Assembly: GCA_003484955.1 (NCBI GenBank) | Contig: DMZH01000002.1 | Location: 145,700 to 209,699 of the forward strand | Reading direction: 5' to 3' | DNA length: 64,000 nt | Source: Candidatus Woesebacteria bacterium | GTDB lineage: Bacteria; Patescibacteriota; Microgenomatia; UBA8517 | Part shown: positions 10,330-19,726 of the stretch, piece by piece | Numbering within the stretch: position 1 is the first letter of the stretch | How the letters are laid out: each line of letters begins with the position of its first letter | Position numbers and translations under genes: made by a program | The notes under the pieces: model-generated | The model's database searches: none | What the model saw: the letters and a program-made list of their open reading frames with translations, nothing else | What the model was told of the DNA's origin: nothing

Positions 10330-11394
10330 TTATTTAAATTCGGTTATTATATCGTGAGCCTTACTTTCCCTTTGTCCCATTTCCGTGATTTGAATAAATT
10401 CGGCTTTTTTCCAGAGATCTTTTATAGTCGCCGCTCCCGCATAGGAAAACCCGGATCTTATATTAGCTTCCATTTTTTCAACAATTTTAGTAACCTCACC
10501 TTTGTAGGGAACGATTCCTTCTATTCCCTCTATGTGCTTGGAATAGTTTTTATCAAGCTCACTTTTGTTCCTTTTGATATGGTTTTCTTTTTCCATGAAA
10601 GACGTTGATCCAAAATACTGCTTATAGAGAAGTCCTTTTATTTTTACTTTCTTGCCGGGGGCTTCATCCGTTCCCGCAAATACATTTCCCGCCATAATGG
10701 CAGATGCGCCGGCCGCCAGAGCTTTTACGATGTCTCCCGAGTTTTTAATACCCCCGTCGGCAATGATAGTTTTTTTGAAGTATCTCGCGGCACGCGCGGC
10801 ATTGATTACAGCGGTAAGCTGGGGGACACCAAAGCCCGTTTCAACCCGTGTGGTGCAAATAGAACCGGGTCCGATGCCGACCTTGACACTGTCCGCACCT
10901 GCTTTAAACAGGTCAAAAGCGGCTTCATAGGTGGCAACATTTCCTGAGATTATGTCGACACTGTTTCCAAATTTTTGTTTAAGACTTTGCGTTGCCTCGA
11001 CTGTTTGCAGCATGTGGCCGTGTGCAACATCCAGAAAAAGGGCATCCGCACCTGCTTTTACTAAAGCTTCCGCGCGGTCAAACATTCCATTTCTTAAACC
11101 AACTGCAGCAGCGGCCAAAAGACCTTTCTTTTTGACGGCAAGAATCATATTTGCTTCTTCACCGGCCGTCATGAAGCGCGGTAAAACACCAAGCCCTCCG
11201 AGTTGACCCAATTTTATGGCCATTTCAACTCCGGTAACATCACTCATGTTGGCGCTGATTAATGGAATGTTAAGTTTTAGACGAGAGGTGATTGTTGTGA
11301 CCAAACTAACATCCTGCCTGCTTTTTATTTCAGAGTGCTGGGGGACTAAAAGGACATCGTCGTAGGATAGGGCCAGTTCTATTTTGGATTTCAT
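10330..11394 (-). CDS. IMP dehydrogenase / GMP reductase family protein lacking CBS domains
   Basis: LSYDDVLLVP, KVGIGPGSICTTR, IADGGI; IMPDH versus GMPR not resolved. Confidence 0.9.
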   Translation of the reverse strand: MKSKIELALSYDDVLLVPQHSEIKSRQDVSLVTTITSRLKLNIPLISANMSDVTGVEMAIKLGQLGGLGVLPRFMTAGEEANMILAVKKKGLLAAAAVGLRNGMFDRAEALVKAGADALFLDVAHGHMLQTVEATQSLKQKFGNSVDIISGNVATYEAAFDLFKAGADSVKVGIGPGSICTTRVETGFGVPQLTAVINAARAARYFKKTIIADGGIKNSGDIVKALAAGASAIMAGNVFAGTDEAPGKKVKIKGLLYKQYFGSTSFMEKENHIKRNKSELDKNYSKHIEGIEGIVPYKGEVTKIVEKMEANIRSGFSYAGAATIKDLWKKAEFIQITEMGQRESKAHDIITEFK

Positions 11395-11499
11395 AATTTT
11401 CGGACAACATGAACCACTTTATGTTTAAAAGAGGGGCGTGTCAATATTTTTAAGTTAACTGTTGGGTGGTATAATCTAAAGTTTAAGGAGTAATCACCA

Positions 11500-11573
11500 G
11501 GTCGCGTAGCTCAGTTGGTTAGAGCGTTGCATTCACATTGCAAAGGTCCCTGGTTCGAGTCCAGGCGCGACCA
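11500..11573 (+). tRNA. tRNA-Val(CAC)
   Basis: Acceptor GGTCGCG/CGCGACC, anticodon arm TTGCA-TTCACAT-TGCAA, TTCGAGT T-loop. Confidence 0.96.
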
Positions 11574-11574
11574 C

Positions 11575-12240
11575 TTGAAGAAAATAATATTTTTTACAAT
11601 CTGGTTTGCACTTTTTCCATTAGCGTTTTTAACGCTAACCGGAGTTACTCCGTTATCTTTCGCATTGGGCAGTTCCGCAAGATTGGCAAATTTTATTCAA
11701 AGGGGACTTGGGCTTTTTGCTTTTAGTATGCTTTTTGTCCAAATAATTCTCGGTGCTTTCATGAGCAAGATTTCGGAAAAACTGGGAAACTGGGTTTTTA
11801 ATTTCCATGTTTTCGAAGGCATACTTGCTTATATTTTGGTGTTCTTACACCCGATATTCTTTTTACTTTTAAGCTACTTTTCGGGAGCCAAATTTGATCC
11901 GTACGTTGCCTTTGTTAATATCTGCTTAATTTGCAAAACCCCAACAGACTATTACTATACGATCGGGAGAGTTTCCTTTTGGCTTTTGACGGTTACTGTT
12001 TTTGCCGCTCTTTTCAGAAAAACAACCCCATGGCTTAAAGCCAATTGGAGAAAATTCCATGTTTTAAATTATCTGGTCTTCTTACTGGTAGGTGCTCACG
12101 GATTTTTACTTGGAAGCGATTTTAGATCCCAACCATTTTTCACTTTTGCAATTTTGGCCTATGTAACCATTTTGGGAATTGTGATTTTTATAGAGCTTCC
12201 CCGCCTTTTCAAAAACTTTAGGAATTGGACAAAAAGTTAG
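11575..12240 (+). CDS. Ferric reductase-like transmembrane protein (MsrQ/YedZ-like)
   Basis: Multiple TM segments with conserved His (FNFH..G, LHP, WRKFH, GAHG); probable TTG start at 11575 just after the tRNA. Confidence 0.75.
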   Translation: MKKIIFFTIWFALFPLAFLTLTGVTPLSFALGSSARLANFIQRGLGLFAFSMLFVQIILGAFMSKISEKLGNWVFNFHVFEGILAYILVFLHPIFFLLLSYFSGAKFDPYVAFVNICLICKTPTDYYYTIGRVSFWLLTVTVFAALFRKTTPWLKANWRKFHVLNYLVFLLVGAHGFLLGSDFRSQPFFTFAILAYVTILGIVIFIELPRLFKNFRNWTKS

Positions 12241-13952
12241 GGATTTAGAATGTCTTCCTGTGGGTTCTGGGGGTCAAATTTGAGAGTCTTAAATTTTGGA
12301 CCAAGACCCTTGAGATTGTATTCTTTGTATTTTACTTCCCCGTTTGGTAAAAATTGGGCTACGATTAAAAGTGAATTGTTCGATTTTGGTAAAAGTTTCA
12401 ACTTGTATGATCCCTGTTTTGGATTTGTAAAGGCTACCATGCCGTCTTTATCTTTCTTTGTGTTGCCATCTTGGTCTGTCACCAAGAGATTTGAAGGATA
12501 GCTAATAACAACCAATGCCGACTGTGGATCTGCCGAGGCGGAGCTACCGAAGTCTGGCAGTGGGGTTTCAAGAAACTTTAAAATTTCGGACATGCCATCA
12601 GCTGAATTTATGAGACCGGAATGTGTTTGTGCAATTGTTGTATTATGTTCGTCATCAAACTTGCTACTTTCAAGTAGTATAGTACCATCCCCTTCATTAG
12701 AATATATTTTTCCATCTGGTTTTCCGTCTGACCAATTTGCCAATAAATCTTTTTTGGTTTTACCCTTTGTTAATATTTCCGAAAGCGTATCTTGGCCATT
12801 TCCGGTAAGTGTTCCGAATTTTACTCCCCGAAAATTATCCACAAAATTTAACGGCAGCCATCTATTTTGTGACAGAAGTGAAGGCGTGGATTTAAGGACA
12901 CCTGTTTTTGAGTCTCTAAGGTAATCAAATGTTGGTAATAAATTTTGTATGGATGGAACGAATTGATGAATTGCTTCTCTGTTGCTTGATAAAAGGCCAC
13001 AATGTTTGAGGTAGAGTGTTGTTGCCACCTTGGAAATGAAGTTATCTTCCCAGATATCTCCCCCGGCCCACGCGGGATATGCCTGAACGGCACCTTTTAG
13101 AGGAGAACCAACTGTGAGAAGGCTGTTTGTTTTTATTCCCTGGTCGTGGTTGGCCAAGTAGTCCGATGCAAGAAGACCGCCCATGCTGTGACCAACTATA
13201 TTTACTTTTTCGTCAGATACAGTGGAACTAATTATTTTGTCTGATAAAGCAGTAGAGTTAGAGGGAATTTGTTGTCGCCAGTCATAGTAAAATGGTATAA
13301 CTTGCCAGTCTGATTCAGACAGGGTCGTGAGAATAGGGTTGTAAACATCTTCGGCGTAGGAAGCTAGTGACCAGTTTTCCGGACTGTTATCGAAAGAGCA
13401 GTTTGCAAATGCGTTTGCATTCCAGCTGGCCCCAAGACCGGGGATAAAAACAGTTTTGGTAACAGTGGGTGGGGTGGAGGTGGGAGTCGAAGTGGGCGCT
13501 GGAATGTCAGTTGTTAAAGAACAAACGGGGTTACTACTGTGATTATCAAGACCAGTGCCTATATAGACTCGGGTTATTGTGGAAACTCCTGTGTAGGTCC
13601 AGATTAGGTTTGGCATTGTTGCAGGCCAATTACTTGAATTACAACCCATATCGTAGCCAGTTTCGCTTCGTATTCCACACCATTTATCTTGCCAACTATT
13701 GTTGTAATCGGCCCATGTACCCAAATTCCATGAACTTTCATTATCATTACTAGCTGATGTTGGCTCGGTCGAAGTGGTATCAAAATAAATATGTGTGTAA
13801 TCCCATAGATCTGGGTATGTTACCATTTGAAAATACAGATTGCCGTTCGAGTTCCATGTTCGATAAGTACAGGAATAGTCTGCTTCAACGACAGAAGTTG
13901 AAAAAAAGAAGAGAAGAAACGTAATCACGATAAGAAAGAGAAACTTTCTCAT
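12237..13952 (-). CDS. Secreted alpha/beta hydrolase (lipase/LCAT-like) with N-terminal extracellular domain
   Basis: Signal peptide MRKFLFL..., PT-rich linker, FIPGLG, FYYDWR, GHSMGG nucleophile, GDGT. Confidence 0.85.
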   Translation of the reverse strand: MRKFLFLIVITFLLFFFSTSVVEADYSCTYRTWNSNGNLYFQMVTYPDLWDYTHIYFDTTSTEPTSASNDNESSWNLGTWADYNNSWQDKWCGIRSETGYDMGCNSSNWPATMPNLIWTYTGVSTITRVYIGTGLDNHSSNPVCSLTTDIPAPTSTPTSTPPTVTKTVFIPGLGASWNANAFANCSFDNSPENWSLASYAEDVYNPILTTLSESDWQVIPFYYDWRQQIPSNSTALSDKIISSTVSDEKVNIVGHSMGGLLASDYLANHDQGIKTNSLLTVGSPLKGAVQAYPAWAGGDIWEDNFISKVATTLYLKHCGLLSSNREAIHQFVPSIQNLLPTFDYLRDSKTGVLKSTPSLLSQNRWLPLNFVDNFRGVKFGTLTGNGQDTLSEILTKGKTKKDLLANWSDGKPDGKIYSNEGDGTILLESSKFDDEHNTTIAQTHSGLINSADGMSEILKFLETPLPDFGSSASADPQSALVVISYPSNLLVTDQDGNTKKDKDGMVAFTNPKQGSYKLKLLPKSNNSLLIVAQFLPNGEVKYKEYNLKGLGPKFKTLKFDPQNPQEDILNP

Positions 13953-14049
13953 ATAATTAGGTTTAAAACTTTTAAATTGTCTTGTCAACATACAAATTCG
14001 AAACATCGAATTAGTAAATAGTATGGCGTGTCTATGGTAAACTTAATTT

Positions 14050-14781
14050 ATGAATTTGATTTACGAGGTCTATCATGGTAGAAGAAGGACTCAGAAACAT
14101 ATTATTCGAGAAGATGATTTTACCTATCATTATATTTTGAGCCTTTTTAAGAAGTACGACGTTAAGAATGAGAAAGTTCTTGATATTGGCTGCGGTGTGG
14201 GAACAATAGATTTTTATATGGTAAAAAAGGGAGCGAGCGTGCTTGGAATCGATATTTCGAGAAATGGGATCAATACTGCAAAACGTAATGCTGCTAAATT
14301 AGGGATAAAGAAAAATTTAAGATTCGAAGTGCTAGATTTTACCAAATCGATGCCTAAAGGTAGATTTGATAAAATAATATGTTCAGAAGTACTTGAGTAT
14401 ATTAAGAGTGACAGATTGGCAGTGATAACAATGTTTAAACTTCTTAAAAAAGGCGGAATTGTGGTTGCGTCTTCACCTTCAAAAAATGCCCCGCTGTATA
14501 AAATGAGGGCGTTAAAGACTTTTGATCAAAAGGTTGGTCATTTAAGAAGATATTTTGAAGACGAGTTTGTAAATTTATTTAAGAGAGAGGGTTATATAGT
14601 TTTGGAAACCAGAAAAACTGAAGGATTTTTGCGAAACTTTCTTTTTACCAATTCGTTTGGAGGATTTCTATTGAGGATTTTGAATAAAAAACCTTTTTCA
14701 AAAATGGTAACATTTATTGACAACATGATGATTCCTCTTTTTGGTGAATCAGACATTTATTTGGTGGCACAGAAAAAATGA
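14050..14781 (+). CDS. Class I SAM-dependent methyltransferase
   Basis: VLDIGCGVG, FDKIICSEVLEY. Confidence 0.9.
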   Translation: MNLIYEVYHGRRRTQKHIIREDDFTYHYILSLFKKYDVKNEKVLDIGCGVGTIDFYMVKKGASVLGIDISRNGINTAKRNAAKLGIKKNLRFEVLDFTKSMPKGRFDKIICSEVLEYIKSDRLAVITMFKLLKKGGIVVASSPSKNAPLYKMRALKTFDQKVGHLRRYFEDEFVNLFKREGYIVLETRKTEGFLRNFLFTNSFGGFLLRILNKKPFSKMVTFIDNMMIPLFGESDIYLVAQKK

Positions 14782-14879
14782 AAGTACTTTTTTGACATAA
14801 ATAGTGTGATTGGGGTAAGGGAGCAGCCAACAACTTATAGATCTCCGTAATTATATTTTTTGAAGATTATATATTGGCA

Positions 14880-15347
14880 TTACCTGTGGGATTTTTTATA
14901 AACGCATAATTTATAACCCGATTTTAGCTTGGTTGCCTCAAGTGTGAAACCGCATTTTTTATGCAGCGCGATTGAAATTTTATTTGTTGTCCGAATCTCG
15001 GCAATTAAAGGAAGTTTCTCGTGCCTGGCAATATTTATCAGTTTTTTTAGGATCGTTCGGCCGTAACCCTGCCTGCGGAATACTCCCGCAACGCATTCAG
15101 TTACAAGAAGCTCTTTGTCGAGACGATGCAGCGCTCCATATCCCACCGGCTGGTTTTTGCCATCCCGGGCAATAAAAATACGGTATTTGTCGGCTCGCGT
15201 CGCCCTCTGGTAGTAAGTAAAATACCAGTAAATCTGCTTGGGGATGTTGATATAGCCCGTATAATTAGTCAGATATGTCCGGCATTCATTCCGAATACGC
15301 CGTACGATCAGCGCGTCGGAAAGGGAATTTAGGCGGTTGAAAGTCAT
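14880..15347 (-). CDS. GNAT acetyltransferase (PseH-like)
   Basis: FRRQGYG motif A, N..SIALHKKCGF. Confidence 0.85.
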   Translation of the reverse strand: MTFNRLNSLSDALIVRRIRNECRTYLTNYTGYINIPKQIYWYFTYYQRATRADKYRIFIARDGKNQPVGYGALHRLDKELLVTECVAGVFRRQGYGRTILKKLINIARHEKLPLIAEIRTTNKISIALHKKCGFTLEATKLKSGYKLCVYKKSHR

Positions 15348-15355
15348 ATTTTATA

Positions 15356-16492
15356 TCACCAGCCTGACTTTATAACTTTACAGACCCTATCGACATCCTC
15401 CAAAGTTACATACCAATGCATTGGTAAAAGCAAATACCTGTTTTCCAGGAAGTCCATATTTGGGCAATCGTAAACTCTACCTCCATAGATTGAATATCTG
15501 TCACACCTGAAATGAGTTTCATTTGATTCAATATTGTGTTCAACCAATTTCTTTTTTAAAGCCTCTTTGTTGTCAACTTCAATCGTGCAAAGCCAGTAAG
15601 TCGGATTTGTACCGTCTGTTTTTGTCAAAACATTTTTGTTCATTACTCTTATTCCGGGAATTCCCTCCAATCCCTTTACATAGGCTTCAAATAACTTTTT
15701 GCTATGATTAATAACATTGGATAAATCTTTAAGTCCACCCAGTCCCATCGCAGCTTCTATATCCGTCATCTGATACTTATAACCCACTTCAAAAATGTCT
15801 TTCTTCCATCTCTCCTCGAACTTAGCTTTTCTATCAATTCCAAACCAACGAATCCTTTTAGCCTTTTCTTCCAAAATAGGGTCTTCTATTGTTAACATAC
15901 CGCCGTCGCCCGTCGTCAGACTTTTAATAGCTTGAAACGAATAAGCAGTATATTGCGAAATCTCCCCAACATTTTTGCCTTTATAAGTAGCTCCTATTGC
16001 CTGAGCCGCATCTTCAATAACAGGGATGTTCCATTTCCTGGCAATAGTGTGGATTTTATCCATATCAACAAGGTACCCGCCATAATGAACAACCACGATG
16101 GCCTTAACTCTTTCCTTTCTCACTTTTAATAGTTTTTCTACGTGATCCGGATTTAAGTTCAAATTGTCCTTATTTATATCGGCAAAAACCACTCTCGCTC
16201 TTTGGTAAAGAAGTCCGGCGTATGAAGCTGAGCAGGAGAATACAGGACCAATTACTTCGTCTCCATCTTTAATACCGGCCAAAATGTAAGCTAAATGAAG
16301 TGCTGATGTACATGAGTTAACTGCGATAGCTTTATGGTTATGAGAAATTTGTTTTTCAAATTCCAGCTCAAATTTATCCACAAGCGGACCTTGCCCAATC
16401 CAGCGTGTGTCCATCTGCTTCCTGGCGGCATCTTTAGCGGCCTTTGATAAATGCGGATAGAAAAGCACTATTTTTTTATTTGTTATTTTCAT
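15356..16492 (-). CDS. DegT/DnrJ/EryC1/StrS sugar aminotransferase
   Basis: NSCTSALHLA, IEDAAQA, SFQAIKSLTTGDGG. Confidence 0.95.
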   Translation of the reverse strand: MKITNKKIVLFYPHLSKAAKDAARKQMDTRWIGQGPLVDKFELEFEKQISHNHKAIAVNSCTSALHLAYILAGIKDGDEVIGPVFSCSASYAGLLYQRARVVFADINKDNLNLNPDHVEKLLKVRKERVKAIVVVHYGGYLVDMDKIHTIARKWNIPVIEDAAQAIGATYKGKNVGEISQYTAYSFQAIKSLTTGDGGMLTIEDPILEEKAKRIRWFGIDRKAKFEERWKKDIFEVGYKYQMTDIEAAMGLGGLKDLSNVINHSKKLFEAYVKGLEGIPGIRVMNKNVLTKTDGTNPTYWLCTIEVDNKEALKKKLVEHNIESNETHFRCDRYSIYGGRVYDCPNMDFLENRYLLLPMHWYVTLEDVDRVCKVIKSGW

Positions 16493-16582
16493 TCACTCAA
16501 TAATAATATCATTCATAATGTAGTCAAGTTTATGGTTTCCGTTAATATATATAAAATCCAGACTTCCGAGAGAAAAATCTTT
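16493..16582 (-). pseudogene. Fragment of a class I methyltransferase (Methyltransf_24-like)
   Basis: Minus strand reads KDFSLGSLDFIYINGNHKLDYIMNDIIIE*, with an in-frame stop just upstream and no start codon. Confidence 0.5.
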
Positions 16583-16688
16583 AATTTCTCAATGGTCATT
16601 TAATACCATAAAATCGATCAATAGTCTATCCAAAAGTGTTGTAAAGTGCCGATTTGTTTGTCAAGTTATAAATTGATAAACTTCATGT

Positions 16689-17555
16689 ATGAAAATACTT
16701 TTTATATCGCATTACAAATGGCCGCACGTAGGGGGGGTGGAGAAGCACGTATATGAACTTAGTAAAAGGTTAAAGGTGAAAGGAAATGGTATAAAAGTAA
16801 TTTCGGAAGAAGATATCAAGCAACCCCACATTAAATTTTTGGGCTTAATATATGTTTGGTTTTGGATGTTTAGAAATAGGAAATTGATAGAAGATGCCGA
16901 TATCGTCCATTGTCACGATGTTTTTATTTGGTATCTGCCTTTTCGCTTTCTTTATCCCAAAAAACCCGTATATACAACATTCCATGGTTGGGAGGGAATT
17001 TGGCCTATTCCATGGAAAAATATTTTCTTAAAAAAACTTGCCGCAAAATTATCATGGGGTTCGATAGCGGTAGGAAAATATATAGAAAAATATTACGGAA
17101 TAAAAGTTAATAAAATTATCTACGGTGGCACTTTAATACTGCATAGTATTAAAGTGGAAATAGGAAAGACGTCAATAGTTTTTGTTGGGAGATTAGAAAA
17201 AGATACCGGGATTTTAGGGTTTTTAAAATGGCTGAATAAAAATCCAAAACATGTTGTAGATTTTGTCGGTGACGGGGTTTTGAGGGAAAAATGCGAAAAG
17301 TACGGAACGATTCACGGATTTACGGATCCGACACCCTTTTATAAACAGGCAAAATATTGTGTTCCGGGAGGATACCTGGCTGCGCTTGAGGCATCATCAT
17401 ATGGTTGTGAGTTAAAGTTATTTTGGAATAATAAAATAAAGAGAGATTATTGGAAGATGTCGCCGTTTATTGGGAAGGATGTTGTGGCCTGGGCGAAAAA
17501 ACAGACCTGGAACAAATTAGCCGATGAATATCTCAATTTGTATAACAGTATTTAA
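16689..17555 (+). CDS. Glycosyltransferase family 4
   Basis: P.VGGVEKHV, TFHG, FVGRLEKDTG. Confidence 0.85.
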   Translation: MKILFISHYKWPHVGGVEKHVYELSKRLKVKGNGIKVISEEDIKQPHIKFLGLIYVWFWMFRNRKLIEDADIVHCHDVFIWYLPFRFLYPKKPVYTTFHGWEGIWPIPWKNIFLKKLAAKLSWGSIAVGKYIEKYYGIKVNKIIYGGTLILHSIKVEIGKTSIVFVGRLEKDTGILGFLKWLNKNPKHVVDFVGDGVLREKCEKYGTIHGFTDPTPFYKQAKYCVPGGYLAALEASSYGCELKLFWNNKIKRDYWKMSPFIGKDVVAWAKKQTWNKLADEYLNLYNSI

Positions 17556-18468
17556 CGAAGAGGGGACGATATCAGCTTTACTTGATTCTTTGGTTAATCA
17601 AACTAAAAAACCTGATGAAATTGTTATTGTTGACGGCGGATCGACTGATAGAACTGTTGAAATAATTAATCATTATCAAAAGAGATTTGGAGATATTAAA
17701 CTTCTCAAAGAAAAGTGCACACGCGCAAAGGGTAGGAATCTTAGTGTTGAGTTGGCTAGAAATGAAATTATCGCAATAACTGATGCGGGGTGTGTTGCCG
17801 ATAAAAATTGGCTTAAAAATCTGGTAGGACCTTTTGCAAATGGTGGTATCGACGTTTCTGCAGGCTTTTACCGTATGACAGGATCGAATCCTTTCAGGCG
17901 GGCAATGAGTGTTTTTTTGGGGACTGCACCCCGTAATTTTAATATGACTTTTTTACCTTCCACAAGATCTGTTGCTTTCACAAGAAAAATATGGGTTGAT
18001 ATTGGCGGATTTCCGGAAGGAATGAAAGAGGCGGCTGAAGACACTGCTTTTAATTACAAATTAGTAAATTTCGGTGCAAAAATTTCACGCGTGAAATCTG
18101 CGATAGTAGAGTGGGGGATGCCTAAGACCTTAAAAGACTTTTTTTGGAAAACATTTGCCTATGCAAAAGGGGACGTAAAATTAAAAATTTGGATTTTTCC
18201 GGAAAAAGGTATTATGTCGCACAATATTAAAGTTTTATCTGTCTTTTTTAGATACCTTATTGGGATATTATTACTGGTTTTTTCATTCAGGACTCCCCTT
18301 TTTTTTGCTGTTTTTGCAATTTGTTTATTTGCTTATTTATTTTGGTCATTCAGAAAAGTTTTTCTGGAGTTCGGGGATTGGAAAGTTTCTCTTTGGGGAC
18401 CAATTCTTCAAATAACTTCAGATATGGCCGTGATTGGAGGGTTTACTTCAGGTATACTTAGCAGGTAA
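17524..18468 (+). CDS. Glycosyltransferase family 2
   Basis: ITVFNEE, IVDGGSTD, TDAG; C-terminal TM segments. Confidence 0.92.
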   Translation: MNISICITVFNEEGTISALLDSLVNQTKKPDEIVIVDGGSTDRTVEIINHYQKRFGDIKLLKEKCTRAKGRNLSVELARNEIIAITDAGCVADKNWLKNLVGPFANGGIDVSAGFYRMTGSNPFRRAMSVFLGTAPRNFNMTFLPSTRSVAFTRKIWVDIGGFPEGMKEAAEDTAFNYKLVNFGAKISRVKSAIVEWGMPKTLKDFFWKTFAYAKGDVKLKIWIFPEKGIMSHNIKVLSVFFRYLIGILLLVFSFRTPLFFAVFAICLFAYLFWSFRKVFLEFGDWKVSLWGPILQITSDMAVIGGFTSGILSR

Positions 18469-19694
18469 TGGGCTATTTTAAAGACACGGTAAGAGGTCTA
18501 AGTTGGATGACAGCTTTCAGGGTTTTATACCGTCTTATTGGTATTGCAAGGATTGCAATTGTTGCCCACATCCTAAACCCCTTCAGTTTGGGAGTTTTCG
18601 GGATAGTTACAATAGTTCTTGGTTTTTTGGAAATAATTACGGAAACCGGAATAAATATTTTTTTAATTCAGGAAAAGGATGGCGTTAACGGATACATTAA
18701 TACCGCTTGGGTGGTGTCGATTGTACGCGGACTTCTGATATCAATTCTTATTTTTGCTTCGGCGGGTGTCGTCTCCGAATTCTTTAACTCCCCTGCATCA
18801 AAAAATCTTCTTTACATGGCCGCATTAATTCCTTTAATCAGAGGGCTTATAAATCCGTCTATCGTAAAATTTCAAAAAGAGCTGCAGTTTAACAAAGAAT
18901 TTTTGTATCGGATCTCAGTTTTTACAGTTGAATCCACGATCTCTGTATTGGGAGTCATAATCCTCAAATCGGTTTACGGTATGGTTTGGGGATTGCTCGC
19001 TGGAGCTGTTTTTGAAGTTGTGTATACGTTTATTTTTGCCAGACCGTGGCCGAAATTTGAATTTAATTTAATTGAAACCAAAAGAGTAATTGATAGAGGT
19101 AAATGGGTTACACTTTTTGGTGTTTTCGATTATCTTTATACACAAAGTGACAATATTATTGTTGGAAGGATTTTGGGAATGACACCGCTTGGAATTTATC
19201 AAAACGCATATAAAATTTCAACGGCTCCTCTAACCGAGGTTGGTGATATTTTTTTCCGTGTGACTTTTCCGGTTTTTTCCAAGATTTCAAGTGATACAGA
19301 AAGACTCAAAGCAGCATTTACTAAAAACATTTTAGTAAATTTTGCATTAATGAGTTTGGCAGGAATATTTATTTTCATTTTTGCAGAACCAATAGTGCAA
19401 ATTCTTTTTGGAAAAGGCTGGGAATTAGCTATCCCTGTAGTTAAACTTCTTTCAGTTCTGGGAGTTGTTAGGGGTATGGTTGGTTCCACGGGTTCCCTGC
19501 TGGTTGCCAAGGAAAAGCAGAAATATGCAGCAATTGTTATGATGATCAGTACTTTAGGTCTTTGGATCACAATAATTCCACTTACTTATGCATATGGAAT
19601 AATTGGCACTGGGATGGCGGCAATTATCGGAACTTTAATTTCTGTTCCTTTTACAGCGTATTATGTCCATAAGACACTTGGGGCTCAAACATAA
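18468..19694 (+). CDS. Wzx-type polysaccharide flippase
   Basis: Many TM segments, DNIIVGRILG..LGIYQNAY; lies in a GT cluster. Confidence 0.88.
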   Translation: MGYFKDTVRGLSWMTAFRVLYRLIGIARIAIVAHILNPFSLGVFGIVTIVLGFLEIITETGINIFLIQEKDGVNGYINTAWVVSIVRGLLISILIFASAGVVSEFFNSPASKNLLYMAALIPLIRGLINPSIVKFQKELQFNKEFLYRISVFTVESTISVLGVIILKSVYGMVWGLLAGAVFEVVYTFIFARPWPKFEFNLIETKRVIDRGKWVTLFGVFDYLYTQSDNIIVGRILGMTPLGIYQNAYKISTAPLTEVGDIFFRVTFPVFSKISSDTERLKAAFTKNILVNFALMSLAGIFIFIFAEPIVQILFGKGWELAIPVVKLLSVLGVVRGMVGSTGSLLVAKEKQKYAAIVMMISTLGLWITIIPLTYAYGIIGTGMAAIIGTLISVPFTAYYVHKTLGAQT

Positions 19695-19726
19695 TATAAT
19701 ACAGCCGAGATACGCCTGGTAAATAT

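Noticed and set aside
11515-11574. N-terminal extension of the ferric-reductase ORF
   Set aside because: It lies inside tRNA-Val; TTG at 11575 is the better start.
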